Of a stretch of 64,000 nucleotides of DNA, positions 56,160 to 64,000 are shown one piece after another. The stretch lies in the IMG/VR virus record IMGVR_UViG_3300046170_000289; one strand, written 5' to 3'. Source of the DNA: a virus. Under the pieces are notes generated by a model. The model saw only the letters and a program-made list of their open reading frames with translations. It did no database searches and had not been told where the DNA came from. A program made the translations under genes and the position numbers. How positions within the stretch are numbered: the stretch's first letter is position 1; every line of letters starts with the position of its first letter.

Positions 56160-57760
56160 TCAGGAGACGAGCTCGGTGAAGCTTGCGCCAGTCCTTGTTG
56201 CCGTGAAGGTCAAGGTGATGAAGTTGATGGATCTTGTGGGTTTCACAAAGATCTCAGCGTAGAATTCACCACGGTCGATTGCTTCCGCAGGGTTGTTGGT
56301 GCCATCACAGACAACCAGGAAGTCAACAATACCACGACGTGATTGGACAGATCTCAGATAAGGCTCAACGATGTTCTTGAATTGTTGGCGAGTAAACTCA
56401 TCATTCAATTCAAAGAGTTGAGTCTTAGCAGCGTTGCTAATCGCTTCTTCGATAACGAGGAAGAGACGGCGGACGTTGATTCTGTCGAAAGCAGACTGAT
56501 AACCCAGTGCAGTCTTATCTCCGAAGAGGACCATACCCTGACCAGGGAATGCGACGATAGGGTTAACTCTTGCTGCATAGAGAAGATCTCTATGATCCTT
56601 CAGAGGAGAGTAAGCAAGTTTGATGCTGTTTCTCAAGTTACCACGGTTGAAACCAGCGGGTGAGAACCAAGGCTCTTGATTAAGAGTCGTGCTGAGGACC
56701 AGACCTGCCATGTCACCGTTACAAGGGATGTAGCGATAGACATCGTTATACTTGTCGTAGATATACTTGTAGTTGTTATCGAAGACAGTGTAGGAGGAAG
56801 ATCCGAGTTGATCGAAGTACTCGATTGTGCGAGACACGATTTGTGGGACCGAAGGTTGTCCGACAATATCACCTCTATATGGCGAGATGAAAGCGATACA
56901 ATCCTTACGAGCATCTGCAATGCCGATGATGTGCTGTGCCTTAGCAACAGTATCATTGAGACTATTCATGCCAGGACCCATCAAGATGTAGTCAATCTGG
57001 ACAGTCTCTGCGTCATTGAAGAGTGTGTATGCACCCAAGATGTTAGGACGTGAGATGGTATAACCATCAACGCCACCTTGGAGAGAGTAGCGCAGTGTTG
57101 CGCGACCCTTTGTGCCAACCAGAGGCACAGCGAGGGGGTTGAGACCAGTTGGGTCATCAAGGTTGTTGAGGGAGTTGTCAGACTTAATCAGGTCAAACTC
57201 TCTGTTAACACCACTAAGACCGAAACTACCAGAAGTGTTAGTGTCGCGATCATAGATGTTGTTAACTTCATGCGATCCCCAATACAGGAATTGCGAGAAT
57301 TGCTTAACAACATTCTTGTAGTAGATGTTATCACCCTGAGGAGACTTGGCGTCAGTTGCCTTAGATACGTTGAGGTGCTTCTCAAGGAGAGCGCCAGGAG
57401 TACCAGTCAGTTTGCCGTCACCGTCAAGGACCAGGATGTGCATCAGGTCATTGTAACCGCCTCTGTCTTCCACCCATGCGGATGTAGTAGGACGAGGAGC
57501 GATGTTGGACCATCTCTGATTCACCCCATAAAGGCGGGTGTCGTAGTCATTCTCCACTGCTGCGATCAACACAGAAGCGGCGTTTGCGTCAGAGACATTC
57601 TGGTTTGCTTGGAAGATAGGAGATCCAGGATTGAGAGAAACTCTCAACTCTCTACGGATTGCCTCAACAGTAGCAGCGTCGCCAGTTGCACTACCAGGAG
57701 AGTTGCTGTTGTTTGCCAACTCAGAAATGGTATCACCAACTTCCAGCACGTCAGCGGAGG
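56160..57760 (-). CDS. 18: Tail sheath protein (T4 gp18), C-terminal part, out of frame with the N-terminal part
   Basis: RKDCIAFISP, PWFSPAG, FDRINVRRLF, KPTRSINFI. Confidence 0.9.
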
Positions 57761-58932
57761 AAGGAATCGATAGCGATTTCAAGTTTACGAGTCTCAGGAT
57801 CGTAAGCAACAACGCGACCAGTAACACCACCACTAACAGCAGTGATGTAGTTGTCCTTCTCGAAGGATCCAATCAGAGTAGCGTCGTCAACAACAGTTAC
57901 GATAGTATCGTAGTTGTAAACCTTACCGTAGATGTTAGCAGCAGAGTATGCAACTTCAGCACCGTTAGTGAATTGCCACTCAGTGCTAGTAGGTTGTGCC
58001 AAAGACAACACCTGATCAGCACCAGCGTCGGTCATCACCACGCGGATGGAGTTACCGTGGAGACCAGCAGATTTTGCTGCCCACTTCCAGTTGTTTGCTG
58101 CGTTTTCAACGTTGGTCTCATACTCGTCATCATTCTTGATGAGGGGAGCAGTGATACCAGTTGCAGTGGTCTCGTTGATCTCAGTCTTCTGTGCTGTAAC
58201 CAGTTGCAGAGAGACAGTAGATCCATCGGTGTGTGCAGCAGCAGTAGTGCCGAGCAGACCGCGAGTCACGTTAAGGTTGTCACCAGAAACACCAGTGATT
58301 TGCATGATCTCATCATCAACTCTGATGTATGAGTTCGTGCCACCACCAAGAGTAGATGCAGAGGTCACAGTCAGAGTGCCGTCTGCGTCAGTGAAGGTAG
58401 ATCCTTCATTAATAGTAGAGGATGTGCCAGCAGGCTCAATCAAAGTGATTGGAGCAGCAGCAGCGTGAGATGCAGCAGATGTTGCGAGTTGACCACGAAG
58501 CACGGTAACGTCGTTACCAGAAACTGCTTGGATAGTCAGCAATTCTGCGTCCACCAGGAGCAGATCGTTAACGTCCAGATCAGTTGCTGAAGCGACAGTA
58601 AGTGTCGTGTCAGTGCTGCTAAAAGTTGCAACGATAAACTGTGCAGTATCGATTGCGTTCTTAAGTGAGTCATTCATTGCGCGGACCACCTTCACGGTGC
58701 CGCCATACAGCAGGAATTGTGCTGCAGTGAACCAGTATTCGTAGTTGTACTCGTTTGGTTTGCCAAAGACCGAGAGGAGCTCACGCTCGCTCGTGATCTG
58801 AGTCATTGCCTCAACGGGTCCTTTTTCAAAGGAGCCGACAATAGCAGCAACATTATCAACTGTTGCGTTGGCTACTGAGGTAAGGTCTCTTTCAAGTACA
58901 ACAACCCCTGGTGAAAGTTGTGTTGATGCCAT
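57751..58932 (-). CDS. 18: Tail sheath protein (T4 gp18), N-terminal part
   Basis: MASTQLSPGVVVLERD, FEKGP, FLLYGG; ends prematurely at DSFLR*. Confidence 0.9.
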   Translation of the reverse strand: MASTQLSPGVVVLERDLTSVANATVDNVAAIVGSFEKGPVEAMTQITSERELLSVFGKPNEYNYEYWFTAAQFLLYGGTVKVVRAMNDSLKNAIDTAQFIVATFSSTDTTLTVASATDLDVNDLLLVDAELLTIQAVSGNDVTVLRGQLATSAASHAAAAPITLIEPAGTSSTINEGSTFTDADGTLTVTSASTLGGGTNSYIRVDDEIMQITGVSGDNLNVTRGLLGTTAAAHTDGSTVSLQLVTAQKTEINETTATGITAPLIKNDDEYETNVENAANNWKWAAKSAGLHGNSIRVVMTDAGADQVLSLAQPTSTEWQFTNGAEVAYSAANIYGKVYNYDTIVTVVDDATLIGSFEKDNYITAVSGGVTGRVVAYDPETRKLEIAIDSFLR

Positions 58933-58971
58933 TAGATTCTCCTGATTAGATTCCTAGTCGGATGCTGAAAC

Positions 58972-58978
58972 TATTTAG
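58972..58978 (-). promoter_or_regulatory. Late-type promoter
   Basis: CTAAATA before gp18. Confidence 0.6.
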
Positions 58979-59014
58979 AATAACGTGGTTTTTCAGAGGG
59001 TAAACACGACGAAA

Positions 59015-59242
59015 TCACCAGTCAGGATACTCAGTAACCCACTTCTTTTTCTTCTTCCTATTGGCAGCATTACGCTTTACCTGACACTGTTTGCAGGTAT
59101 AAGAATACGCTGAGACATTCTTGCCTCTATCAGGTCTAGTCTTGTAGAAATGATCTACCAGTGACAGGGTGCGAAGACATTTACGACACTGCCTATCTAC
59201 AAATAGAAACTCTTCTAGGTCTAGGTTGTCTTCAAAGTCCAT
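59015..59242 (-). CDS. Small zinc-finger protein
   Basis: CRKC...CKQC. Confidence 0.7.
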   Translation of the reverse strand: MDFEDNLDLEEFLFVDRQCRKCLRTLSLVDHFYKTRPDRGKNVSAYSYTCKQCQVKRNAANRKKKKKWVTEYPDW

Positions 59243-59403
59243 TCTTTTACCAACCGCTCAACTTGTTTCTTGTCGCATCCACAAGGAGCATTATTGAGAC
59301 ATCTAATGATTAACTCAGTATCGCTAATTGGTGGTCTAATTGTAAACCCATGCTTATCAAGCTTGGGCATCTCCTCATCTATATCAGAAATAAATTCACT
59401 CAT
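59221..59403 (-). CDS. Small hypothetical protein
   Basis: ATGA overlap with the gp17 stop. Confidence 0.55.
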   Translation of the reverse strand: MSEFISDIDEEMPKLDKHGFTIRPPISDTELIIRCLNNAPCGCDKKQVERLVKEWTLKTT

Positions 59404-61067
59404 CGATAATCCCACATATAAGACATGTCACCATACTCAGCAATAGATTCTCTTTCTGCATTATGCCATGTCTGCCCTTGTGGATCGACGATTACTTCTT
59501 CTTGAAGACCATCATCCATAAAACCAAACGGTGCCATATCTGCTTCAATCGCTTCCTTCTGCTCCAGATACATTCGCGTCCTGACATCGCTGTCATGCAA
59601 CTCTCTGAAGTAGTCTGTGGTCGCTAACCAAGAGAATATGACCAAACACATGGAGAGGTCATCATTACATCCTTCTTCGGCTTCCCATGCCTGTCCCTTC
59701 TGGATGAATGTAGTTAACTCAGCAATAATATCATAGTCGTTAAAGATGAGTTTGTCATCCTCAATCAACTGTTTCATGTTTGCACACCCAGTCTTCTTGA
59801 CTGTGGTGGACATCTTGACACCTAGTTGCACCTTAGACCCAGAGAATCCTTGTCCTACAACCTGCCCAGCACGTCCACGCATGGATGACATCAGGAGGTT
59901 GTCATACTCTAGATCAAACTGCATAATATCTGCTACCTGTCCACCGATATCATTAACTTCAATCAAGGTATAGGCATGATTGTAACTCGTGACTACCTGA
60001 TGAATGATATTAGGGAAGAGTAATGGTTTGATTTTATTGTTTCTATACTTCGCTACTAACTTATACGGGATCGTAGTGGTATCAAAGACACAGAATGCTG
60101 AGTAATCTTTAGTTATACCACGAGCAACGTCCACCGTGCATACATAGGTATGTTCAGGTTTAGGCTCTTCATACACATCTAGTCCTTGATTGGACTTCAC
60201 AGGATCATCGTATACCAAAGTTTTTAGTTTGGATGATGTAATGAGAGTGTTAACCGAACCCAAGAATTCACATTCAAATTCCTGGTTAAACTGCTCTTCA
60301 GATGTGTTACGAATGGTCTGCTCTTTCCATGCAGCATCCCTACCAGGCACCTCAGACCAGTGGACTTCTGTAGTAGTGTATTCATTCTTGCCCTTCTCTG
60401 CATCATGCCAGAGTTTGTAAAACATATTCATCCCCTTGGGCGTGGAGATGATGATTACTTTGGTAGACTTACCAGAAGAAATAGTAGGATAGACAGAACT
60501 AAAAAACTCGTCAGCAATATGCGTTGGTATAAAGGCGAATTCATCCAGAAATATGATGTTAAAAGACATACCACGGACGGCAGAAGCTGAAGTAGAAGCA
60601 GCCATAATCTTGCTTCCGTTTTCCAATTCGAGACTGCCCCTATTCCAGTTGACGACACCTTGTTGGAGCCAGTTTGGGAGGTTTTCATAAGATAGTTGCA
60701 AACGTTGTAACATCTCTCTTGCCGTAGCTGCCTTGTTAGCAAGGATTGCCACGTTAACATTGTCGTTAAAGATAATATACCAAAGCAGATACGCAGTAAC
60801 AACAGTTGATTTACCTGACTGTCGTGGTAGTTTTGCTATATTAAATCTATTTGCATGAAATCTTTCTACCATCGACTCCTGGAAGTCGTACAATTCAAAT
60901 GGAATCAGACCACGATCCAGCGAGATGATTTGGATGTAGTTTTTAATGAAGTAGACAGGATCCTTGGAGCACTTGATAAACTCTGCCACCTGATCATCGG
61001 TGAAGCTCTGTGCTACGTTAGCCCTCTTTAGGTTAGGATTACCTAGATAGATCTCATTTTGGCTCAT
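59400..61067 (-). CDS. 17: Terminase large subunit (T4 gp17)
   Basis: RQSGKST, FLDEFAF, DVARG, DDLSM. Confidence 0.98.
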   Translation of the reverse strand: MSQNEIYLGNPNLKRANVAQSFTDDQVAEFIKCSKDPVYFIKNYIQIISLDRGLIPFELYDFQESMVERFHANRFNIAKLPRQSGKSTVVTAYLLWYIIFNDNVNVAILANKAATAREMLQRLQLSYENLPNWLQQGVVNWNRGSLELENGSKIMAASTSASAVRGMSFNIIFLDEFAFIPTHIADEFFSSVYPTISSGKSTKVIIISTPKGMNMFYKLWHDAEKGKNEYTTTEVHWSEVPGRDAAWKEQTIRNTSEEQFNQEFECEFLGSVNTLITSSKLKTLVYDDPVKSNQGLDVYEEPKPEHTYVCTVDVARGITKDYSAFCVFDTTTIPYKLVAKYRNNKIKPLLFPNIIHQVVTSYNHAYTLIEVNDIGGQVADIMQFDLEYDNLLMSSMRGRAGQVVGQGFSGSKVQLGVKMSTTVKKTGCANMKQLIEDDKLIFNDYDIIAELTTFIQKGQAWEAEEGCNDDLSMCLVIFSWLATTDYFRELHDSDVRTRMYLEQKEAIEADMAPFGFMDDGLQEEVIVDPQGQTWHNAERESIAEYGDMSYMWDYR

Positions 61068-61662
61068 AAGGGAATGGTCTCCTGTTTTTTTCTTGTCCTA
61101 CTGCATGTGCTTCAACAACCTCTTCCTGTCCTGGACAGAATTGAAAGACTGCACTAAACCTAGCAGCAACAGGACAGTGCCTTGTCGGTGCTTTACCTCC
61201 ATGAGGGACTAATCCTGGGAATACTACAACCCTTCCTGGTTTAGGAATGACTGTATCTGTAATCCTGTCGCCATTCATGAAGATGGTCTCACCGCCCCAC
61301 TCAGGTATCCATGCCCTATTAGTGTAGACAAGGAAACTGAGTGCATCTAATCCTTCCCCATCACAGTGGACAGCAGGACTATCACCAAAACGGAAAGCAT
61401 TATAAACGACTCTGTGAAATGAAGGAATGGGAATCCCAGCCCGAAGAAATGCATGGTTTATACAAAAGTAATCAAACTCCCCATAGTTGGGGTAGTCGAT
61501 CGCTCTTCCTAAAGAATAAGTGGAAAGGTTATCGTCTGGCGCGTTATCAAAGATAAGTTGCCATCCGTCAAAGTGGGTGAAGTATGTATCCATATAAAGG
61601 ATCTCTTCATCTGTGAAGAGATCATCAATGACCATCACCTGATCATATTTAACAATATCCAT
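61054..61662 (-). CDS. 2OG-Fe(II) oxygenase
   Basis: HCD, WGGET, PHGG, RFS. Confidence 0.85.
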   Translation of the reverse strand: MDIVKYDQVMVIDDLFTDEEILYMDTYFTHFDGWQLIFDNAPDDNLSTYSLGRAIDYPNYGEFDYFCINHAFLRAGIPIPSFHRVVYNAFRFGDSPAVHCDGEGLDALSFLVYTNRAWIPEWGGETIFMNGDRITDTVIPKPGRVVVFPGLVPHGGKAPTRHCPVAARFSAVFQFCPGQEEVVEAHAVGQEKNRRPFPYEPK

Positions 61663-62123
61663 TACTCCACCAACGTGCCGTGCGCCCTCCTGATCTCTTT
61701 AAGTGCCTCTAGATTCATATCCTTAGTGCCACCATCATATGCGTGAGCATATCCTTCTGTAATCATTTGCTCGTTGAGAGACACGTCTCCGTCCCCAATG
61801 TAAAGCCAACCAAGAAGACGCCCATATTTGCCAACCCCACCAACAAGTTCAGTCCTAACAGACAACTCATCATCACCAGCGATAGTCGATTCCAGTTTCT
61901 CTTTGAGCCAGTTGGTTGCGTCGATTCCAAGTGCTTTCTCCGCTAGGTTTTTCGTCCTTTTTTCTGGCGTATCAACGCCTGCAACTCTAACTCTTTCTTT
62001 CTTGTATAAATCAAACCCGAGGTCAATAGTGACATCGATAGTATCACCATCAAGGACACGGTTGATCTCCGTCACTCGGAAGTTGTAGCAGCTCTTCCTG
62101 CTCGGTGGTGTCATTGCTCCCAT
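61662..62123 (-). CDS. Staphylococcal-nuclease (SNase)-like protein
   Basis: VLDGDTI, RVAGVDTPE, KYGRLLG, LNEQMITEGYA. Confidence 0.88.
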   Translation of the reverse strand: MGAMTPPSRKSCYNFRVTEINRVLDGDTIDVTIDLGFDLYKKERVRVAGVDTPEKRTKNLAEKALGIDATNWLKEKLESTIAGDDELSVRTELVGGVGKYGRLLGWLYIGDGDVSLNEQMITEGYAHAYDGGTKDMNLEALKEIRRAHGTLVE

Positions 62124-62259
62124 CTTTTAACTCTGCAAATGCTATTCTTAATATGTATACGACCGCATACAATGCCATGCCAAGTGCCATTATCACCATA
62201 ATGATTACCGACCACACAGGATCGTTAGCATTATCTAAGGGACGCAATAGTAAATTCAT
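62050..62259 (-). CDS. Small membrane protein
   Basis: One TM helix. Confidence 0.55.
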   Translation of the reverse strand: MNLLLRPLDNANDPVWSVIIMVIMALGMALYAVVYILRIAFAELKDGSNDTTEQEELLQLPSDGDQPCP

Positions 62260-62333
62260 TTCTTAACTGGTAGAGTTAACTCCATACCAATGGTAAGTAG
62301 CAGTATAAAAACAAAAACAAACAATGCACTCAT
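62256..62333 (-). CDS. Very small membrane peptide (25 aa)
   Basis: MSALFVFVFILLLTIGMELTLPVKK, ATGA overlaps at both ends. Confidence 0.5.
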   Translation of the reverse strand: MSALFVFVFILLLTIGMELTLPVKK

Positions 62334-62476
62334 GGGTTTTTCGGGTCAATGCCTAATTCTAAAAGATACTGTGTCCACCAGTCTGGATCCCTCTTGCACT
62401 TCCAATCGGGTACTGGTAAATTATGAAGCGAATACCATTCGTTAATCGCTTCATCTATAGTCTGTGCGATCTCCAT
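62330..62476 (-). CDS. Small hypothetical protein
   Basis: MEIAQTIDEAINEW...DPDWW. Confidence 0.6.
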   Translation of the reverse strand: MEIAQTIDEAINEWYSLHNLPVPDWKCKRDPDWWTQYLLELGIDPKNP

Positions 62477-62657
62477 ATTCCTCTTCCTCTTCGTCAACAT
62501 CAGCATATGCATCTGCCACGAAGGGTCCTCGTTTGCGTAAAGGTTCTCGTCTGACATAATCAGTTTCAGCATTTACGGCGGACATCCAGACTGCAACCTT
62601 CATCATAATGAATATGATTCCCACAGGGGCTAAACATAATAGAAGTTTTGCATTCAT
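62451..62657 (-). CDS. Small membrane protein
   Basis: N-terminal TM, acidic tail. Confidence 0.6.
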   Translation of the reverse strand: MNAKLLLCLAPVGIIFIMMKVAVWMSAVNAETDYVRREPLRKRGPFVADAYADVDEEEEEYGDRTDYR

Positions 62658-62872
62658 TCATCGACATCCATGTAGCGAAATTTGTAATCTAATACTGCTT
62701 TATATAGTTCATCTCTCAATATGCGTAAGTGCTCTTGCTCCTCATAGGGACGAGCAGGAGCACCTGGCCATAGTCTAATTGTTTCTTTCACACAATGGTA
62801 GAGAAGATAAATGTCTTCAATACTCCATTCATATCCAAAAGTACCCTCGTTATCCTGCGGGTCATATTCCAT
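62654..62872 (-). CDS. Small hypothetical protein
   Basis: EDIYLLYHCV...WPGAPARP. Confidence 0.65.
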   Translation of the reverse strand: MEYDPQDNEGTFGYEWSIEDIYLLYHCVKETIRLWPGAPARPYEEQEHLRILRDELYKAVLDYKFRYMDVDE

Positions 62873-63026
62873 GTTTTTTTGTAAATGGTTCCCAGTGCTC
62901 CCAACCATATTTATGTACAGCCCACATACCTATGATAGGGACAAAGACTAGAATGGTTGCGAGGAATCCTAATCCGTATGGGTTGTTTAATACAACCCCA
63001 CAGAATCTAGCAAAGTGTAAAAGCAT
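62862..63026 (-). CDS. Small membrane protein (54 aa)
   Basis: Hand translation MLLHFARFCGVVLNNPYGLG...WEHWEPF; TAATG coupling. Confidence 0.6.
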   Translation of the reverse strand: MLLHFARFCGVVLNNPYGLGFLATILVFVPIIGMWAVHKYGWEHWEPFTKKHGI

Positions 63027-63226
63027 TAGAGGAAATACTTCGATAGGATGTCTATACGCTCTTGCTCGTGAGCGATAATGTCTAGTTGATCTTGAATAGC
63101 AGCGAGCACATCAGGGTGCTCACCAATACCTACGGGATTCTTGAGGTAGATCTCAATGTTGAGTCGTGCCTTTTCAATGTTACCTTCTGCATCGATGCGA
63201 AGTGCTTTAAGAATTTCGTTTCTCAT
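63026..63226 (-). CDS. Conserved small hypothetical protein
   Basis: NPVGIGEHPDV motif. Confidence 0.75.
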   Translation of the reverse strand: MRNEILKALRIDAEGNIEKARLNIEIYLKNPVGIGEHPDVLAAIQDQLDIIAHEQERIDILSKYFL

Positions 63227-63235
63227 AATTAATTT

Positions 63236-63331
63236 TTAATGATAGTAGGCATTTTCTAATCCCCATGTAACAGAATACACTACTACGGAGATAATTGCAA
63301 TGGACTGGAGTGCTAACCCAACTTTTTCCAT
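63236..63331 (-). CDS. Very small membrane peptide (31 aa)
   Basis: MEKVGLALQSIAIISVVVYSVTWGLENAYYH. Confidence 0.45.
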   Translation of the reverse strand: MEKVGLALQSIAIISVVVYSVTWGLENAYYH

Positions 63332-63439
63332 GGATCGTCGTTGTGCAGGCAAGAATTCGGATGTACCCACCCTTTATTTAATTCTTTTATCCTTTCCCTT
63401 AGTATGTTATTTTCGAGTTTCAACATATAGATTTGATTC

Positions 63440-63679
63440 TTAAGTTTCTCGATCGGTGTCATAACGGTTCTTCCAAATCTCCAGAAAATACCTATCTACT
63501 TGATAGAGGTCAGCAGTAGGTGGTGGTAATCTATCTATGTCTTCAGACCAACACCTACATATATCTCGCATTTCTAAAGTAATACCGTCAGGTCGAAACA
63601 TCCTCCCGAAGGAGGACATTGCAAAGGCGAAACGCATTCTAATGCGCTGTGCCATTTCCTGAGTAGGCGTCAGTTTCAT
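63440..63679 (-). CDS. Hypothetical protein
   Basis: Likely start MKLTPTQE after a GAGG RBS. Confidence 0.6.
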   Translation of the reverse strand: MKLTPTQEMAQRIRMRFAFAMSSFGRMFRPDGITLEMRDICRCWSEDIDRLPPPTADLYQVDRYFLEIWKNRYDTDRET

Positions 63680-63766
63680 AATAGTTATTTTCACCTCTTC
63701 TGTACCCGTAATATGCGGTGGCACATACAAAGGGTAGTGATCCGAAAAGTAGGACATGGGCTAGTG

Positions 63767-64000
63767 TCATCTTACGTTGTGTCCTCCAAACATATACCTC
63801 ATTCCATTAAGGATCTTGTTTGCATATTTCGCTAGTCCACGGGAAGCGAATCTCTCGTATAGTGCTGCAGATAGGACAGGAGCGGGTACCCCAAGATCCA
63901 CAGCAGCGTGGACAGTCCAACGACCTTCACCAGAGTCTGATACACCTCCATCGAATTTGCTAAGCTCTGGATCGCCTCGTAATACATCAGCGGTAAGATC
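63767..64000 (-). CDS. gnd: 6-phosphogluconate dehydrogenase, C-terminal fragment (5' end outside the window)
   Basis: Hand translation VSDSGEGRWTVHAAVDLGVPAPVLSAALYERFASRG...MRYMFGGH. Confidence 0.93.
   Translation of the reverse strand, partial: DLTADVLRGDPELSKFDGGVSDSGEGRWTVHAAVDLGVPAPVLSAALYERFASRGLAKYANKILNGMRYMFGGHNVR

Noticed and set aside
57751-57872. ATG at 57872 as the real start of a separate gp18 C-terminal protein
   Set aside because: The first 36 residues are out-of-frame junk overlapping the true N-terminal frame; sheath-like sequence begins only at the frame switch.
63236-63331. psbN identity for the 31-aa membrane peptide
   Set aside because: It lacks the DPFEEH C-terminal motif.
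1-64000. CRISPR array, transposon, intron or intein
   Set aside because: No regularly spaced repeats or IS ends were seen; psbA, nrdA, nrdB, gp43, gp41 and gp17 are continuous and of normal length.

Overview
This 64-kb window comes from a T4-like marine cyanomyovirus (Kyanoviridae type), probably infecting Synechococcus. Almost everything is on the minus strand. From high to low coordinates it holds: the end of gnd; a small-ORF island; the virion module (gp17, gp18, gp19, gp20, gp21, gp22, gp23, gp3); uvsY, uvsW, gp55, gp47, gp46; a peptidase-VWA/MoxR pair; gp45, gp44, dam, gp62, regA; a three-gene plus-strand cassette of exported proteins; hsp20, petF, gp43, uvsX, gp41, mazG; a nucleotidyltransferase and putative head proteins; gp61, nrdA, nrdB; and a host-metabolism island (DUF4278, tRNA-Arg, 2OG-Fe(II) oxygenases, two hli genes, a lipoprotein lysozyme, a flavin halogenase, psbA). 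The most striking unexplained structure is at 9084-9391. There a late-type promoter precedes two tandem glutamine-riboswitch-like (Downstream-peptide type) aptamers, and the second appears to carry a whole 55-codon ORF inside its P2 loop, upstream of a DUF4278 gene. Other notable points are two single-base frame anomalies (a split gp18 and a DUF3310-like ORF fused to gp45; assembly error or real), back-to-back sigma70 promoters at gp55 with one firing antisense, and an HLR1/RpaB-like box over the hli promoter. All family assignments come from motif recognition by eye; no searches were run.
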